DNA from: Balanoglossus misakiensis
Lineage: Eukaryota > Animalia > Hemichordata
DNA: 64,000 nt
Direction: 5' to 3'
NCBI GenBank assembly: GCA_040954595.2
Contig: CM082578.2
Coordinates: forward strand, 14,166,304-14,230,303
Both the position numbers and the translations under genes were made by a program. How positions within the stretch are numbered: position 1 is the stretch's first letter; every line of letters starts with the position of its first letter. The notes beneath the pieces are model-generated. The model was not told the DNA's origin and did not search any database. It was given only the letters and a program-made list of their open reading frames with translations. This document shows positions 1-15,100 of this stretch, piece by piece.

Positions 1-3000
1 AAAAATCACCAAGCGACTAGTGGGCTAGTCTACGATCACATGTGAATGTGTTGATTACAATGTATGTGTATAACCTGGGGCCTCGGGTATTCCGGGGATG
101 TCGAGATGAGCAACTCCACCGGTATATCGAGGTCCAGGGGAATCGTAAAAGTAAAATAGCTGATAATGACCCTACTCTCCTATAGTCGGCTCTTCCTCGG
201 CAGTATTAATAGGTTTAATATACGGGGAAATGATTTACGCTTCAACGAGACAGCCTTTGGCTGCTGTTTAGGCGCAGTTGTTCTTTATTCTCGTCGAGTT
301 TCTCAGCTGCCCACCTGACGATAGTAAAACAACTAAATGGCGAGAGATGTTTACACTTAAAATAGCTCGGAAGGGAAATGGGGGAAAACGAGGAGGAGTT
401 ACAATTGATACATGACAGGTGTCAATAACGTTCGAAACACACTGCATTCTCTTTCCTACACGAAGCAAATGTGTTTTTAAATACATGTGTTACTTTGGAG
501 TGTGTTACTGCATCAAGAGATTATTCGAATTTGGGTAGGATTTTAGAATATTTGATGTAAGCCGTTTCGTCTTTCATATCTGTACCCACGAGACAAAAGA
601 CAAAGACGTCGCATCGCAGCTACTTTTACGCCTCAAATCAAAATGGCGGTCCCTCTAGACCACGCACTCATCGTTGATTGTATCGTTACAGACGGAGGAC
701 TTTTAGATTGACTCTGAGACGGAGGGGAACATGCATAATACAACACTACACGTGCAAAGACTCTTTGTTCCCCTGGGACATTATCTGTGCTACTGCATTT
801 TGTCCGCTGAGATATTGGCAAGCACTACCTGGCATAGTAACATTCACTCACAACACAAAACTTTCGAAGATAACTTTGACAGAAGGTGCACACTTGGTTC
901 GGCCATATTTCTCTGCAGGCTCTGCGCTGGGCTCGACCGCAGTGGTTGGAGTTTCATTTCACCTCGCGCACGATTTTGCGCAAAAGTTTCATTTTTTCGA
1001 CGAACCAGGACTTCCTTGGACTACTTTTCTGACCTACAATCGAAAGCCCCTAATGAATAGAATAACTTTCGGTTTACCTTTTCGAGAGAGAAAAATGAGA
1101 GAAAACTTACAGTAGATGTGCGCCATGGGGGCTGCAAGCCAGGAGGCACCCTCGGTTTTCGTCGTCTTTTCCGTGGCCAATGGTTTTTGTACTTTCTCCT
1201 AAATGAAGCTACCAAAATCTTGGGAAATCCAGTCCATATCGTCACAGTCATGCCAACCACATTCACTTTCACTCGACTCGGAAATTGGTCAACTTTCAGC
1301 CATGATTTTTGTACGTCAAAGGTTGAATTTTGAATGATGGAAGCGTGGCACCTCACTGACCATGTGACCGATGCGCAGGTTGACAACTATCCAACCGAAA
1401 TTTGCATTCACCAGGTGCATTTTGTGAAACTTGTGATTGGTTGATGTGATAGAGACGTTGTTTAGCATGCCCATGCATTAATTCACGTGCAAATTGCCTG
1501 GAGGTCAATATTTTTCTCTCAACAAAATCGATCAAGAGATAAATTACCTCTGGCCAATATCAAGAGATGTCCCTGCTGTGAACTCCGAATATCGCGAGTG
1601 CAATTGTTATCAGATGTCACGTAATCTTTCCGCATTATAAAGTGCGTATGAATTGATGTAGGCCAGCGGCATGGAGACAGGCTTTTATAGTCGTCAGTCG
1701 AATCGATTATTTAACAAAGTGCACGTATGATTAAAACCAAAAATTCCTCCTCCCACTTAGATTTGAATTTGGGGAGGCGATCGCTTCAGTATTACAGCTC
1801 GAGGTTTTGCCTGGTATTGTGTGTAGATATGTCGTTCACGCACAATACCAGGCAAAACCTCGAGCTACATGCAGCACTGCAGCTAGGAGGGGGGGGGGGG
1901 GGGATATAGGTACATATGTATTATCACGTCCAAGCCAATACATGTACAATACTGGGCCGCTATAAATAGATCTCACGGGCCCATTCACCATGGATGTACC
2001 TAGAACTGCTTGCTGTCACAGATGTCGTAGTTGACAGGCCATTAATTCCACGTATGCTCAGATAGGATTATCACCTGGGGATTCGATCATATCGTCAGCC
2101 CATACATCGTAATTTACGACAATTACTACGCCATTGTCAGCCGAGAAAACAGCGTCAAGCCAGAGACCGAACGGAAGTTAAATAGGATGTCTGTTACATT
2201 TATATCTTACACATCTATATTAAAGAAACTCGGGTGGAATATAAAAGAATATGGCGAGAACATAACATCAGCGAATAAACATAATTTGGATCACGAAGTA
2301 TGACATGTATCAACCTGATGGACGCCCAGCTGCGCTAAGAACTTCCACGTTTACATATTTGCTGTTGACACCAAAATATGTACGAGTTTTGCCGCTTTTT
2401 ATGTGATCATTATCTATGTGCACATGATACATGCGACGCTGACATTGTTGAACACAGAGCTTTTCTGACTATTGTCGTTCGTGGGCTTTGGAATTGATGA
2501 TAAATGTAGTGAAGGTTATCCAGACACAAATGGAAACAATTGAGTATGGCAAGATTTACAACTATTGTATAACACCCACTGTGTGTAAAAAGCGTGCCTT
2601 TATCCCCAACAACCTGATCTTTTTGATGTATGAAATTTATAGTCATTGAGAATTTATTGTGGTGTTTCAAAATAGGTCGGTGGGCCCATATTTTATTAGA
2701 TTTATACGAGTCTACAATACCAAAACCATAAAATATGAAAAATCTACGTAAATTTATGGACCGAAAACTTCAATAATTTGATAAGGTACCTATAAAAGAG
2801 ATATATAACTTTCAATTTGCGAACCTTATGTACCGTCTGTAAAATGTGATAATTCAAACGCGATAGATCCAAAATATCTGATTATTGGTTGAAAAGAATC
2901 CGATTCTTCCAGACGGTAAATTAATCTAGTGACAACCAGTTTTTTAATCTTCAGGTAGAGTTGGGTATTTGCAGACACCGTACCTTTCCATCAGAGCTAG

Positions 3001-4189
3001 CAAAGAAGATGTTTAATTAAGAACTATGCAGTATACATGCTGTGAGTTCACACTCCGCATTTGAGCATTGTCCAGAAATTGCAACAGCGCCCCCTGATCA
3101 CTCACGGCCCAGTTGCGACTCAGAAATTAGGGAATAGCGCCCCCAGTTCGCGTGGAGGTAAACTATTTTCAAATTCACTGGCAAGCACCATCATGCAACC
3201 AATGTCTAACTTCCCTGCATGTGTGTGTGTGCGTACTCACGTACATACATATATACGTGCATACATACATGGTCATGACTCTTGTTAGGTGATAGATTGT
3301 TTATTAACAAACGTAGATATTTACACTATGAAAATGCCGACTATCATGACACAACATTGGTCTTTAAGAATCGATCACGTTGGCATTAGCAGTGTCAGAT
3401 TTCGTAGGATTGACGAACCACGGTTACTTGTACTGTGGACGAACAGATGTCTCCTATTAACGTACTTCTCTATGAAATTGACCGAAATAAAAAATATTAC
3501 TGGCTTCGCATGAATATCACAGAAAAGCATCATCTTGTGCCTGCTAGAATATAAAGTATAATATAAAATGGCACAGCTTTGGTATGGAACCTTAAGTGAG
3601 ATATAAACTAAAACGTTTATTCCAAATTAATAAAACATTACCTGAGTATTAAATTAATTATCTGCTGGTCCTCTAGACTAGATACGTTATCTGTCTAACA
3701 CAAAACAACACCATTTAATACTTATATCATCCAACCGTTTATCATAAGTTTAACTGACTGTGTTAGTAGTTGCAAGTAAAGTGCCCGGGGCATTCCTACA
3801 GAAGCAAATAATATATTTGTAGTCTGTAGACAGTAACTGTTGAAAAGAAACAAAAGTTCTGGAGTACTTCTCCCTTTAAGTAATCGACATTAACCCCTGG
3901 AAAAAAATAGTATCGACATTTGAATTATTTGAATGTGAAATTAGTTCACGTGGCGCTCTATAAACTGCATCAGCAGATGTGACGCGAACGGTCGTGCTTG
4001 GCACTCGCGTAACCATAGCGATTGGTACTAATGTCCAGCATCAGTTGTAATCTACCTCATCCTAGACTCGGACACGGTCGAAAGAATATTCAATGATAAA
4101 TACATGTCTATCATATCGAGAAACATCGCTGGCGCACGCATAGTATTTCCTAATCGCCACGTCCAATCAGGAGAGACGTTACAAAAGGC

Positions 4190-5094
4190 TCACGCTTCGG
4201 CGATTCGCCGCCTGTGTTTATTGGAGGCCGTGCTGTATTCTTTGACCGTCTCGCGGCAGAATACGAAAAACCAGGTGGCAAAACAGATGAGGCCCATACC
4301 ACATATTGATACCACTGCAACAAGTGGCCAAACAATGTGTATGTTGTCCTTGATGTTCCTGTCCTGCGTCAAAGCGTTCCACAGGAGGTAACTTGTTATG
4401 GCAGTTATGGCGACCAGGAAAATCAGAATGACCGACGCGATGAGAGACCTCCGTCTAGTGTACGACGGGACGAAAGTCCAGTTAATGTACTGCAAAAGAC
4501 GAAAAATAAATCCATAATAAATACTGATAACATGTGTCGCTCCCAATTTTGTGTGAGTACTCCAATGCAAGCTATAAATAAAATGTCATACTAGTATGAC
4601 ACTCACCGGTTGTTTTATGTGTGGCACAAAGTTGGGGTCGAATTTTTGGTCGCATACTTCACAGACATTTGCCTTCATTTTCTTCGCCCATTTGTAAATA
4701 CAGCTTTGATGCACTCCTCCATACAGACATGCACACGGGTATATTAATTCTGAAATGAGGAAAACATTAACGATGATGTGCAAGAAGAACCAGACAAAAT
4801 TCCGGGGTTTAACAAAGTTGATCGTGTGGTGGCGCTGCACATACCTTCCACCTTGTTGCCTGCAACATAGTGTTCCAAGTGACATATTCGACAGACGTCT
4901 TTGCCTCCAGACATGCTAGACACATCCGACCTGCTCGAGTATGCCCTGTCTCGAAATTTACTCGCTTTCCCGTTTGTTCCCTTCATGCTTCCAACATTAT
5001 CCGGCTGCTTCTTCTTGGTGTATTCCCTCGTCACGTTGACTCCATCTGCAGCTGTCGTTTCTAGTTTGACCTCGTCAAGGTGTATTTCATTCAC
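4190..5094 (-). CDS. MARCH-like RING-CH (RINGv) membrane E3 ubiquitin ligase; 5' end not resolved
   Basis: Exons 5094-4845, 4749-4607 and 4489-4190, all GT-AG, join to give CRICH...LIYPCAC(LYGGV)HQSCIYKW...CEVC. Two hydrophobic helices follow (SLIASVILIFLVAITAITSYLLW; IVWPLVAVVSICGMGLICFATWFFVF). A possible first exon at 5675-5592 (MEIRRRQGSY...GIRE) is unconfirmed. Confidence 0.8.
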
Positions 5095-8000
5095 CTGTAG
5101 AAAATTCAGAAATTGATGTAAATACACGGTGACTGTAAAAAAGACGACACTGGATTTATCATACAACAGTGAGCAAATGGCCAGAGCTCTAGCGAAGCAC
5201 TGTTATACTGTCCTCGTTAAATCTGCGAGTCCAATTTACCTTCAATTTGCAATCGAAAAGTGGCACTGTAAATACCATGTATACCGCCCCTTGCTTGGCT
5301 GCTGGTGCATGCCTTTAATGAAAGAAGTGGTTTAAAACCGAGCAAAGCTCCAGTGTTAGCTCCCATCATTAATGGCAAATGGGGAATGCATTTCACAAGA
5401 TAGGGAAACTAAAGTGGCATTCTGTTGATCAAAGCTTGGCGTTCTTATTACGCCTAAATACTGACAGTTTGATCGATTTAGGTCAATGCATCCTTCACTA
5501 ATTCACTGTAATTGACACGTTTTGGCTGCCAATCACGCTTCAACGAGGCAATCTGTCCATACAGAAACATCGCCCTAGGAATTGTCTTAACCTCGCGGAT
5601 TCCCGCACCACTGGAAAAAGTCCAATTAACATCGGCGCCCAGCTTGTAACTTCCCTGGCGACGCCGTATCTCCATCTCTCCATGAAAACATATTTACCTG
5701 AATCAATCTGTGTTGTTGTAATAATCGATTGGAAACCGCTGTTTCTCTTTAAAGGTATTAGGTACACTCATTTTAACGACACAGGATATATAGCTTGACG
5801 GTGTGACATGCTACAAACTACGTCTAGTAACTAACTTGAAACTCTGGTTCATTGCAATCCTAAGTTCAATGCTCGGATCTTGTTTTTAAATAAGTTGTTT
5901 TATGTTTCCTGCATGCTACGATTCAGGCTGTGTTATAAACATTTACAGTGCATCCATGTTTCAGTAAACAGGAAAATAAAACACAGATCAAAGTCACTGG
6001 TTTGTAAATCCTGTCCTGTCCCTGGACCATAAACTCGACGCGGCTTGTCCAGAGGGCATCACCCTAAGAACCGTTTTCCTTCGCGTCACTGAAACGTGAA
6101 GTGTCAGGTGCGATATTCCGGCCAGTTAGACTTTCACGCGTTTTGCCCAGACATTTGACACGGACTAGATTGCGATACAGCCTCATTGTTTACACGCGGA
6201 TAATTTGCCCTACTTCAGAACTGTCTCGTTTTTTTTTCAGGTCACGAATACCTGCACAATGCATTATGCCTTAAAATATTGCCGCCCTTGCATTGTGTTG
6301 ATTGTGGAGTGGCCACTTTCAACGACGTTTGAAGTTTTTTTTACTATAGGAACTGGCACAAAGAGACCAGCATTGATGAGCAGCTTGCAACAACATTCCC
6401 TTACTTAACACCCCTGCGCGATAAACTGTGTGTGCATTCTTGCAGTGGCCATCAACATCCAGGGACCGGGTCGTTCAGCAATACCTTCATTGTGCTACTG
6501 CTGACAGTGTTCACACTACAAAAATAGTGCTTTTTAATTTGTACAGTTAGCAAAAGACTGAACACAGAATATGCGCAAGCGTCTACGATTTGCGTCAAAT
6601 CCCGGAAAGACGAAATGCAATTGCACCGAGTACATTTCATACAGAATCTTGCTTCCTAAACTCAGGTAAACGCCGTAATTTAATTTTCCGCATACTGATG
6701 GCATACTGATAGCCTGTTGTAATTGAATTTTGAAAAGGGCGGTCGTATCGCATTGCCATCAGCGGTTCGGTTCGCTATTGGCCAAATAAGCTCACAAAAT
6801 GCAGACAAGGTACAATATGCAATGCGATACTCACACTGATAAAAATGTAATGTAAAACTGATAAGATACATAGACAAATTTATATGCGGATTCGGGATAC
6901 TTTGAAATGCAATGAACTACGATAGCCTATTATGACCCGTGCCCGATTAGATTGATCGAAGCTTTCAAACTCCCGTGCAGGCGACGGGGTTGATTTTGAA
7001 CGCTTGTTCGGGAATGCATCCGAAGACAAACCGTGACACTGATGTATCTATTCAATTTACCCTCAAAGGAGCAAACCAAACTTCATCGACAGTTTTGATG
7101 AATCGCCGAAAGTCATGCGAGTTGAACCTATACGTCCAAGCCATTACGCAAATATATCACAGTCCACGTTTTCCGGCGTTCAAATTTGGACGTCACTTTT
7201 GAGTCACTGGATTAATTTATTCTACATTAAGGTTGTCGGTATGTCGTTTGGGTGAAATCAACCTCGAAGTTGGATCATGCTATTTCCATGACGGCGTTGT
7301 CGGAATAGATTACCGTTAGCTGTCGTTCCTTCGAGACCGGTTCTATAATTGTTCCCGCACGTGAACATACACAGATGTGGCGACAAAAAGTTCACGGTGT
7401 CGTTTTCGAGAATTGTTTCGAAGTAAATGCAGCAGTTGTGTTCACTGTGACTCACATCCTGCTAGAGAATATTTAATAGGAACTTCTTTAATTGGCCATT
7501 TTTACACGCTTCGTCAACAAAGGACGTGTCGTCTGCTTTCTTCAGCAACAGACCTACAGCTACAGACCTAAGAATATTGTATTAGAACAATTACGATACT
7601 ACCCGAAGAAACATCGCGTCCGTCATCAATGTAAATAACGTTGAGTGTAGAGTCACCTTATTCCAACCTTGCAGTCGGAAGCACTTTTAGGTCGCATTCA
7701 ACCTTTGTGCAAAATTATACCGACAGACACTTTGCGTCAATTAACGTGAGGCACTTTAGAACCATCTAGTCTTCACTGATTTTGCCTTATAATCAATGGT
7801 GTATTGTGAACCCAGACCGAAATTAAAAGATGGCGTAGTGATTTTTTCAGTAAAAGTGGTCGTACAGGAATTGAGTAATGCCTCTCAGGGACAGGGGTAA
7901 GACGGGTTAAGAACTCGAACAAAATTGATGGCCGTTTTCAAGAAAGCTTCCCAAGGCTTTGTGAGATAAATCGTCAGTGGCTAAAATATACAGTGAATGA

Positions 8001-11000
8001 CAGATTGTCTCCGGTATTTCATTAAGCAGTGACTGCGAGCTTGTAGGAGCTTTTAAGTTGATTTGTGAAATGCCAACCTTGACAGACACAAAATGCTTCA
8101 ATATTGAAACGGTCTGTACGTACGCATCCTTAGAGCCCGGATTTGAATCAGTCTTTTCCCCCACAACACCCACTAACACTTCGTTTTAATTACTGTACCA
8201 CATCTAGCCATTGAAGCCGTTTCGTTGTTGACATATCCGATCGTAGAAATGAAAACCTTGAACTTTTCTAGGACGTCATCCAACCTGACTTAAGACTTTT
8301 TTTAATGTCCTTTTCAACACCAAAAGGAATGCGTTTCTTGTGGAAGAATATTCAATTCAACATACTTAGCTTTGCAATATGGTCACCAAAATAATAAATT
8401 AGTCAGGGCTGTAAATCGTGTACCTATTGTCACGGTCTCTGTGGCTTGCCAGGTGGCATCGATAGTATGCGCATGTCCGAACATGGCGGACTTGCGCAAA
8501 CGCGAAGGTACCCACAGGTACACACTATCTGTCCGTGATTTATGTCTCCATTTTATGTAAATATTTGACCGATGAGGTACAGCAACAGCTTTATGTACAG
8601 TGTAGCTTGCAGCAAGGTCATCCCATGTTTTTCTTGGTGGCCACTTGAAAGTTGCCTCGATTATTAGACAAAGGGGGCAACTCGTGAAATTCCTTGGGGA
8701 TGTGTTTCTAGTGGACTAACTTCCTTGTGCGTAACCTTCTTGTGTGAGTAGCATTTCTGGACTGCGGTATTCTTAGCACGTTGCGATGGTCGTGACGTGA
8801 CCAACCGACGATCGGTGTACATGTATACAGCCACGGTGAATTTCTTTGAACTATTTGACTTGAATGGAACCACACATAGAGGTACAGTGTTGACCAATTG
8901 ACAAATCCGACGACGTCACACACCTTGAAACTTGACCGAGTTCGAATGTGAATGGAGTCAAAGTCAAGAACACCTGAACTACGTGGTTGCAGTGAATGGG
9001 ATTTCAAAACTGAAGCTATCCTTCAGTTGGGTCAGGGTCACACAATTACGTTTTGAGCACTATCACCGAAAATTCTCTCCATCCTCCCCAAGTGCTATCA
9101 TTACTTCTCCCTGTCCGAGAATACATGGCGCATTACCGGACATTTTATATACAGCAAGTGTGTTAAATTGTGACATGACACGTTGAACGCATCACAAAAT
9201 CTCGTTAACGCGATTAATATCAGCCGAGGAGGGAGAACAGAGCGACGTGCACTGAAATTGCAGTTCTTCGCAGCAAACGCTTGGGATCAACCGATTACAC
9301 ATGGTATTTATTCCGTAATGCGATCCAATTTAAAGCTCTTTTAGTATCTAAACCTTTCAGCGTTATGACTCTAGAAACTTTTCCCACTTAGATCATCTTA
9401 TTTCCACGAGATAAAATTTTGGCATTTCAGCAGGGACTTGCACCCTGTTTGGGCGGTGGATTTTAACTCCACATAGGCCTATACAATATACTTTGGTGAT
9501 TATATGGTGATAATTGGGAAGTGGCGTTTTTTTGTGCAGCCCAAAGCGTCGTAATGTCTGCCTGTTCTCCTAATTGTGTTGAATTTTCGCCAGGTTTTCG
9601 TAAAATACGAGACCCTTTTCGATTTTCCCCATGCAGAAATACATCACTGTACTGTCAGTGGAAAAGAAATCGTCTTGGCTTTCTCTGGGGTAAACTCAAT
9701 CAAAAAGACGTTGCATAATGCACCAAAGTCGTCTAAATGTAAGGCAGTTCACTTAACAAACACGTACCCGACGTCTGCATTTTCTGAGTACAAGGGGCAC
9801 GGGTTCACATTTTGCGATAAAGGGACTTTCAACTCTGGCATAACGTCGACAGCATTGTATATAGTTACAAGGGCTTACAGAGCTATTTTGCAGACTCTTA
9901 AGATTTCGTTTGACATGATAAGTGGAAGCAAAATGAATGCAGGCGGCTTTGATAGACAATTTGGAGGAAGGAACCTAGGCCACCGGTTTACTCGAATGGA
10001 AAACACCAACAAAGAAATGTTTACGAAGAGTCTGATATTAATTCCAAACGGAATAAAATAAAAACTTAAAATTGACAACCACTGTTCTCCTGAAATCCTC
10101 AAACACGGTTTTATTTTTTTGTGAGATCGTTTACTAGGCACTGAGTACATGTATATGGGTTCCTGCGTTTATTTATGACAATTATGTACACTTCATATAG
10201 CTTGTTGTCGAACACCACGGCTGACTATCCTTCGACGGCGAAACTGTACTACAGCTCCGGTCAAGGTTCTTCCATACATACATGTAAAGGTGTTTGAAAA
10301 CGTGAATGCCAGACACAAGGTACGGTGTGTGCGATCACCGTGACGCGTGAAGGAAGTCTGGTCGTTGCGGCATTGTCTTGTCCGCTCGACCGGATTGGTC
10401 TATACTAACATGGGCGTGCCGACTTTTATTCTTGCACACTGCAAAACACATGCCCTAGTTTCTCCATCGTTGCGTCGCTACGTTTGAAAGGAACAATGGT
10501 CCGACCTTGATGCAAGTCAACATACCGACCAATGTTTCAAATACTTCAGTCTACCTGGACACTATTTCCCCCAAACTTGATTTGCACAGACTATATTTGT
10601 CTTAAAGTCCAATATAAGTAGACTCAGAGACTATAACATGTCAACCGTGGACCTAGAGATCAGCTCTGGTTCCGTGCGTTTCTCTCGCACCATTATCTAT
10701 GCTTAGTCCTGACAGTGGCCTTGCAATCTTAGCTTTCGACGTCGCTCGGCCAGCTCTGGCTAACTGGGCCCAAAAGTCGCATAAGATGGAAGCAATAAAT
10801 GTCTGTCTCTTATCATACAATTCCCCGACAGCCAGTTGAAAAGTATGTACTTTTAAATCGCTCAACCCGTTGCAAAGGAGTCCATTTCTCCTGGGAATTA
10901 CGGTGTTTTTATCGACGCGCCCCGGGATGACCCGTGGTTAGCTACGAAATTCAGTGTGCCGTACGTCTGATTCAAAATACGCGTAGTAGCAGCGGAATAG

Positions 11001-11864
11001 ACTCTTGCTGGTCTGTTTGTGATGTATCGAGCAAAATCGCTGATTGATTGGAATGGAACGGAAAGACTGACACGTCGTAAGTTGCACAGAAAATGAAACG
11101 GCCGTCGGAGACGACCCCAAAGAGCACCGCTATCAATCATATATGAATGGAACATTACTCGGAAATCAAATGATATTCTTGATGACAAGAGCGTTTTCCG
11201 CGAGTGGCTTTTATACCTGCGTATCGTTTATGATGGCGACACCTTTATCATTACAATTACAACTACGCCGCTGCACTACCTTGAAATTTCAATTCGTATT
11301 TTCTGTCAACTAGAGCGACTAGGGGGCATTGCAATGTTATTATTTGTTGTATCGAAATGTTGCGGTGTAAGCTGCAGTTGTAACTTATACAGTGAAGTGA
11401 AATAGGGAAGTGAAACGCAATATTATAGACAGTTATAACATCGCATTATATCTGTGCGTGTCGCGTGGTCGGTATACGTGGCCACCGGTGGCATGGTGTA
11501 TGTATGGTACACGAGTTAACTCAGATTGTAAATATACTAAATGGGTTTACCTGTGACATAGGAATCGAGTTCGCCACGCTGTCGTTCGATTTCTGCGAGT
11601 TCAGTACCGCCATTGCGTGTTTTACTTTTACTCTCTCTCGTGATATGATGATGGTATCCCAGGACCCTCGAAGTTGTCTTGACTGGCGCTCTCCGCAGTT
11701 TTCACCTTTGCAATTGTATCACGGCACATCAAACATACCGCGACCAGTGTTGACTCTCTCGAACAATATGTGTGCCGCGGTTCCACACGGCGGTTGCTGT
11801 CCTGTGTTTACAGCAGCTCCTCGTGAAGTGATCTACCCCGGTCAACGTGGATCTCACAGTCAGC

Positions 11865-12140
11865 GCCTTTTGATTGGCTGAAATGCTACCAATGAGACGA
11901 ACAGGTTCACTCTGTCCCGTCGATTTCGATTCTATCACTCCCGGTGTATCACTTCTTCCCCTGTCGTGTGTGAAGACCAACTGAGCCAAACCACCAAGCT
12001 TGTTCTCGCTTCATACCAAACACAGTAATGACGGGGTCACGTCATTCCAAGCCACCTGAATAGAATTACTTTCACAAAAGCCTGCCCTCAGCTGTATAGC
12101 AAATAAAGAATGGTATGACGTCACATATGGGCGTGCCCTT
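11865..12140. promoter_or_regulatory. Promoter/enhancer-like motif cluster in the CpG-rich intergenic region
   Basis: Opposed CCAAT boxes (GATTGG ~11872; CCAAT ~11889), a perfect CRE TGACGTCA at ~12115 and a GGGCGTG GC-box at ~12129. No transcript is assigned. Confidence 0.3.
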
Positions 12141-15100
12141 GCGCTGAGATCAGAGTTACACGGTACCAGGTCCCGGTACCAGGTACATAGGTGTTACATG
12201 ATTTACTTCTCCGTTAAGCAAGACAGTGAGACCAATTTAACCCACGCACGCATCCTGTTGAACCAGGATATTTTCTGGGTCATCAATGAAGAGTCACCAT
12301 TTCGACACAAGCACATGTGCTCAAAATCGCGAGGAAGGATCTTACGGCTAACCCATTGTAGAGAATTTATTGCGGTCTCCCGTTATAACAGTCGGGTGTT
12401 CCTCTGCTGAAATATTTGTGGATTTTATTCAGGGGGTGATGAACTTAACTTCCATCATAATTCAATCTTAACCAACAGCGACTGAAATATTTTGTATTCA
12501 GCAGTCTCCTCCTGAATACCTGTGTTATTGCGAAATGACGGAGGTATGAGGATGTCGTTCCAGTCCAACAAGTCTCACGGAAATGTTTGCAAAATCACTC
12601 AGGAACTCGAGCCACATTATTCACTCACAATCGGAACTAAGACGATGTGGTACTGTCACGGTAACTTATTTTTTCCACCCGCCTGGCTTCCTAAAAAGCG
12701 TCAACAGGAAATAGTAGCAGTTTAAGGCTTGGAAAGACAGTTACGCCTGAGTACTCGGCTAATAAATCAACTTACGAGCGACTAAAAGAGAAATCCAGTC
12801 ATTGAACCAAACGTGTCGTTCTCATCTTCATCATCCAGAATCGCATCACAAACATCATTTGTACACAACACAAAACAGGGGATGGATGCAAAGTGAAAGC
12901 ATCTGCGCGTTTGGGATTTCACTTAAATCTCGCTATTGAAATTGCCGAGATGTTGGGATAACCAATTACTTTGTTGCCGTGGACGAAAACAGAAACGGAA
13001 GTCGCATTTCCCATCACAGTATGAGAAGGGTAGTCGAGATTCAGCCAAAGTAGACTAGTATAATCTTGACGGATAAAGGAAACGGCAAACTTATCCTAAC
13101 AGATGTGATATTCGGATAGCTGTAATCATGGATTTTTTTTATTCTTGAGGATGAACGACGCGACGTGCGCAATTTACGTTTGTCATTTTTTATGAAAATT
13201 TATGGACAATACGAGCATCCGGCGTCCTGTGTTACAGACAGTCTCTAACAAGAATGGATTGTAATCGCAATCTTCAGAGCTGTAGCAGTTTACGTCATCG
13301 CCCATCCGTGTCACTGGTGTTGAAATAGGGATTCATGCTTGTATAGGAGCCCACTGTTATTAGTTGGGGTTTCTTTATTTCCACTGGGTCGGAAAGGTTA
13401 GTACGAGAACGGAGGAATCTGTAATGGGATTCAAGTCCCTTCTTTCATTTAATCACAACTCATGGTCACAGGATCGTGCTGTGCATTCCGGGTCACCAGA
13501 GGTCAACCACAGGTACCGTGATCGACGAGCGTATGCGCAAACTGCGAATCACAAACAGACTGAGAAGTTGCTTGATTCCTTTCCGTAATTGCCTCGCATC
13601 TCGCAGTTAGTCAATAAATCGACCATGGCGTGCGTGTTTATACACAGTTACCACAGAACTGCCAATTTACGCAATGTTCGTCGATTGCTTTTATCTGTGA
13701 TCTTTCTGTTTATACTGACCCAGATGGATGCGTATCGACATATTGCTCCGAAACCGGCATCTATAGGTTTTCTTAAAAGGCGAACTTGCCCGAAGCACTA
13801 AGGTACAGCGTGAAATGAAAAGACGCTGCCTTTGGTTAAATAGTTAATCAACTAATTAATTGAAAAGCAACAATGTTCGGTCACGTGGATAACCCACACA
13901 CAGACACACGCTGGATCATGTATTTTATTTTTGCTAGGCCTACACAGTAATAAAAATAGCAATATTAACGTAATAAAAAAAACCCACATAACAATCGCAT
14001 TTATTTTACATCTGCACGATCACAAACTGGAATTTCATTTATTTACATTTCACAAGTTGTTTGCAGTTAAAATCGCTCCCTTTTATTGATGAATTATCCA
14101 TTACTTCATTGTAGGCCTACCTGTCAACTACTATTTGACATCGCATGAATGTATGTTATCAAATTTAGGCAAGCTTTTTTTTCTGCCGCAACTTAAATCA
14201 ATATTTTCTAACTAATGAAACACCTGGAAAGCGACATCGTTATAAAATGCAGAAAGACGCAAAAATTGCAGATATCGAATCGACATGAAAAGTGTAAAAG
14301 AGGCAAAGTGATGAAAAGGGAAAATGACCAGCAGTAACTGAAGTTTTGATTGAAAACTGGTAAACTAATAAAAAATTATCCCGGTCGTGCTTTCAGATAT
14401 AATATATGAAATACAGAAGGTCAGAGGAGGTCATTGAGCGAGATTTTTTTATTAGGCCTGCAGAAAGACTTGCACGCATCATAAATTTTGTAACAGTCTA
14501 TCTGGGTCTCTCTTAGTCAATCCGACAAGTTATTACACCTTACAGGCTGACTAACACAATCCTGTATAAAATCGTCTAAATATTTCATATATGCTGTCAT
14601 CCAATACGTGTAGTAATTGTGATAGCTTATATATAGTGTACATTCAGCTCTAGTTTGTAAAAATCAAATGAATTGGTCCGTCGGCTTGTCTGGGCTTTCA
14701 TTTGGCGGGCAATCAGCGGCAAGCTTTTCCTGTAAACCATAAAATGAATTTTGATTACTGTTCTTTACACTATCACGGTGCAAACGCTGCTGTTTGTAGA
14801 AAAATAATGATCAAATAATACCGCGTCGGTGAACGTAGGTCTGCATGGCTTTATTTTTATTAAGGCCAAAGTTGACATCAATGGAACCTCTGGTGGTCAT
14901 CGGAGTCTCGTAATCTAAGACGAAATGGAGTTTTAAGGTTGAAAATAAGTCGAAATCTGCGATAAAAGCTGTACATTGCGTACCTATGCATCGCTGCGGG
15001 CACATTTGTTTAGGGTTTCCATCTTCTGTGATGTGTTCTCTCACGGGGGTACGTTAAGTATGTAATTCCTAGAAATGAACTGCGCTTTCACCGTAATGGA

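Noticed and set aside
633-1386. Overlapping ORFs of 109-145 aa and an apparent minus-strand GT-AG intron near 1050-1110
   Set aside because: I recognised no domain and could not build a coherent multi-exon model; alternative frames contain stops.
8708-9007. ORF containing TPIVGWSR, reminiscent of the opsin TM4/ECL2 motif
   Set aside because: The flanking residues are not transmembrane-like and no other opsin segments are nearby, so this is probably chance.
9576-10061. 161-aa ORF in the intergenic region
   Set aside because: It has a non-ATG start, no recognisable motif and no evident splice structure.
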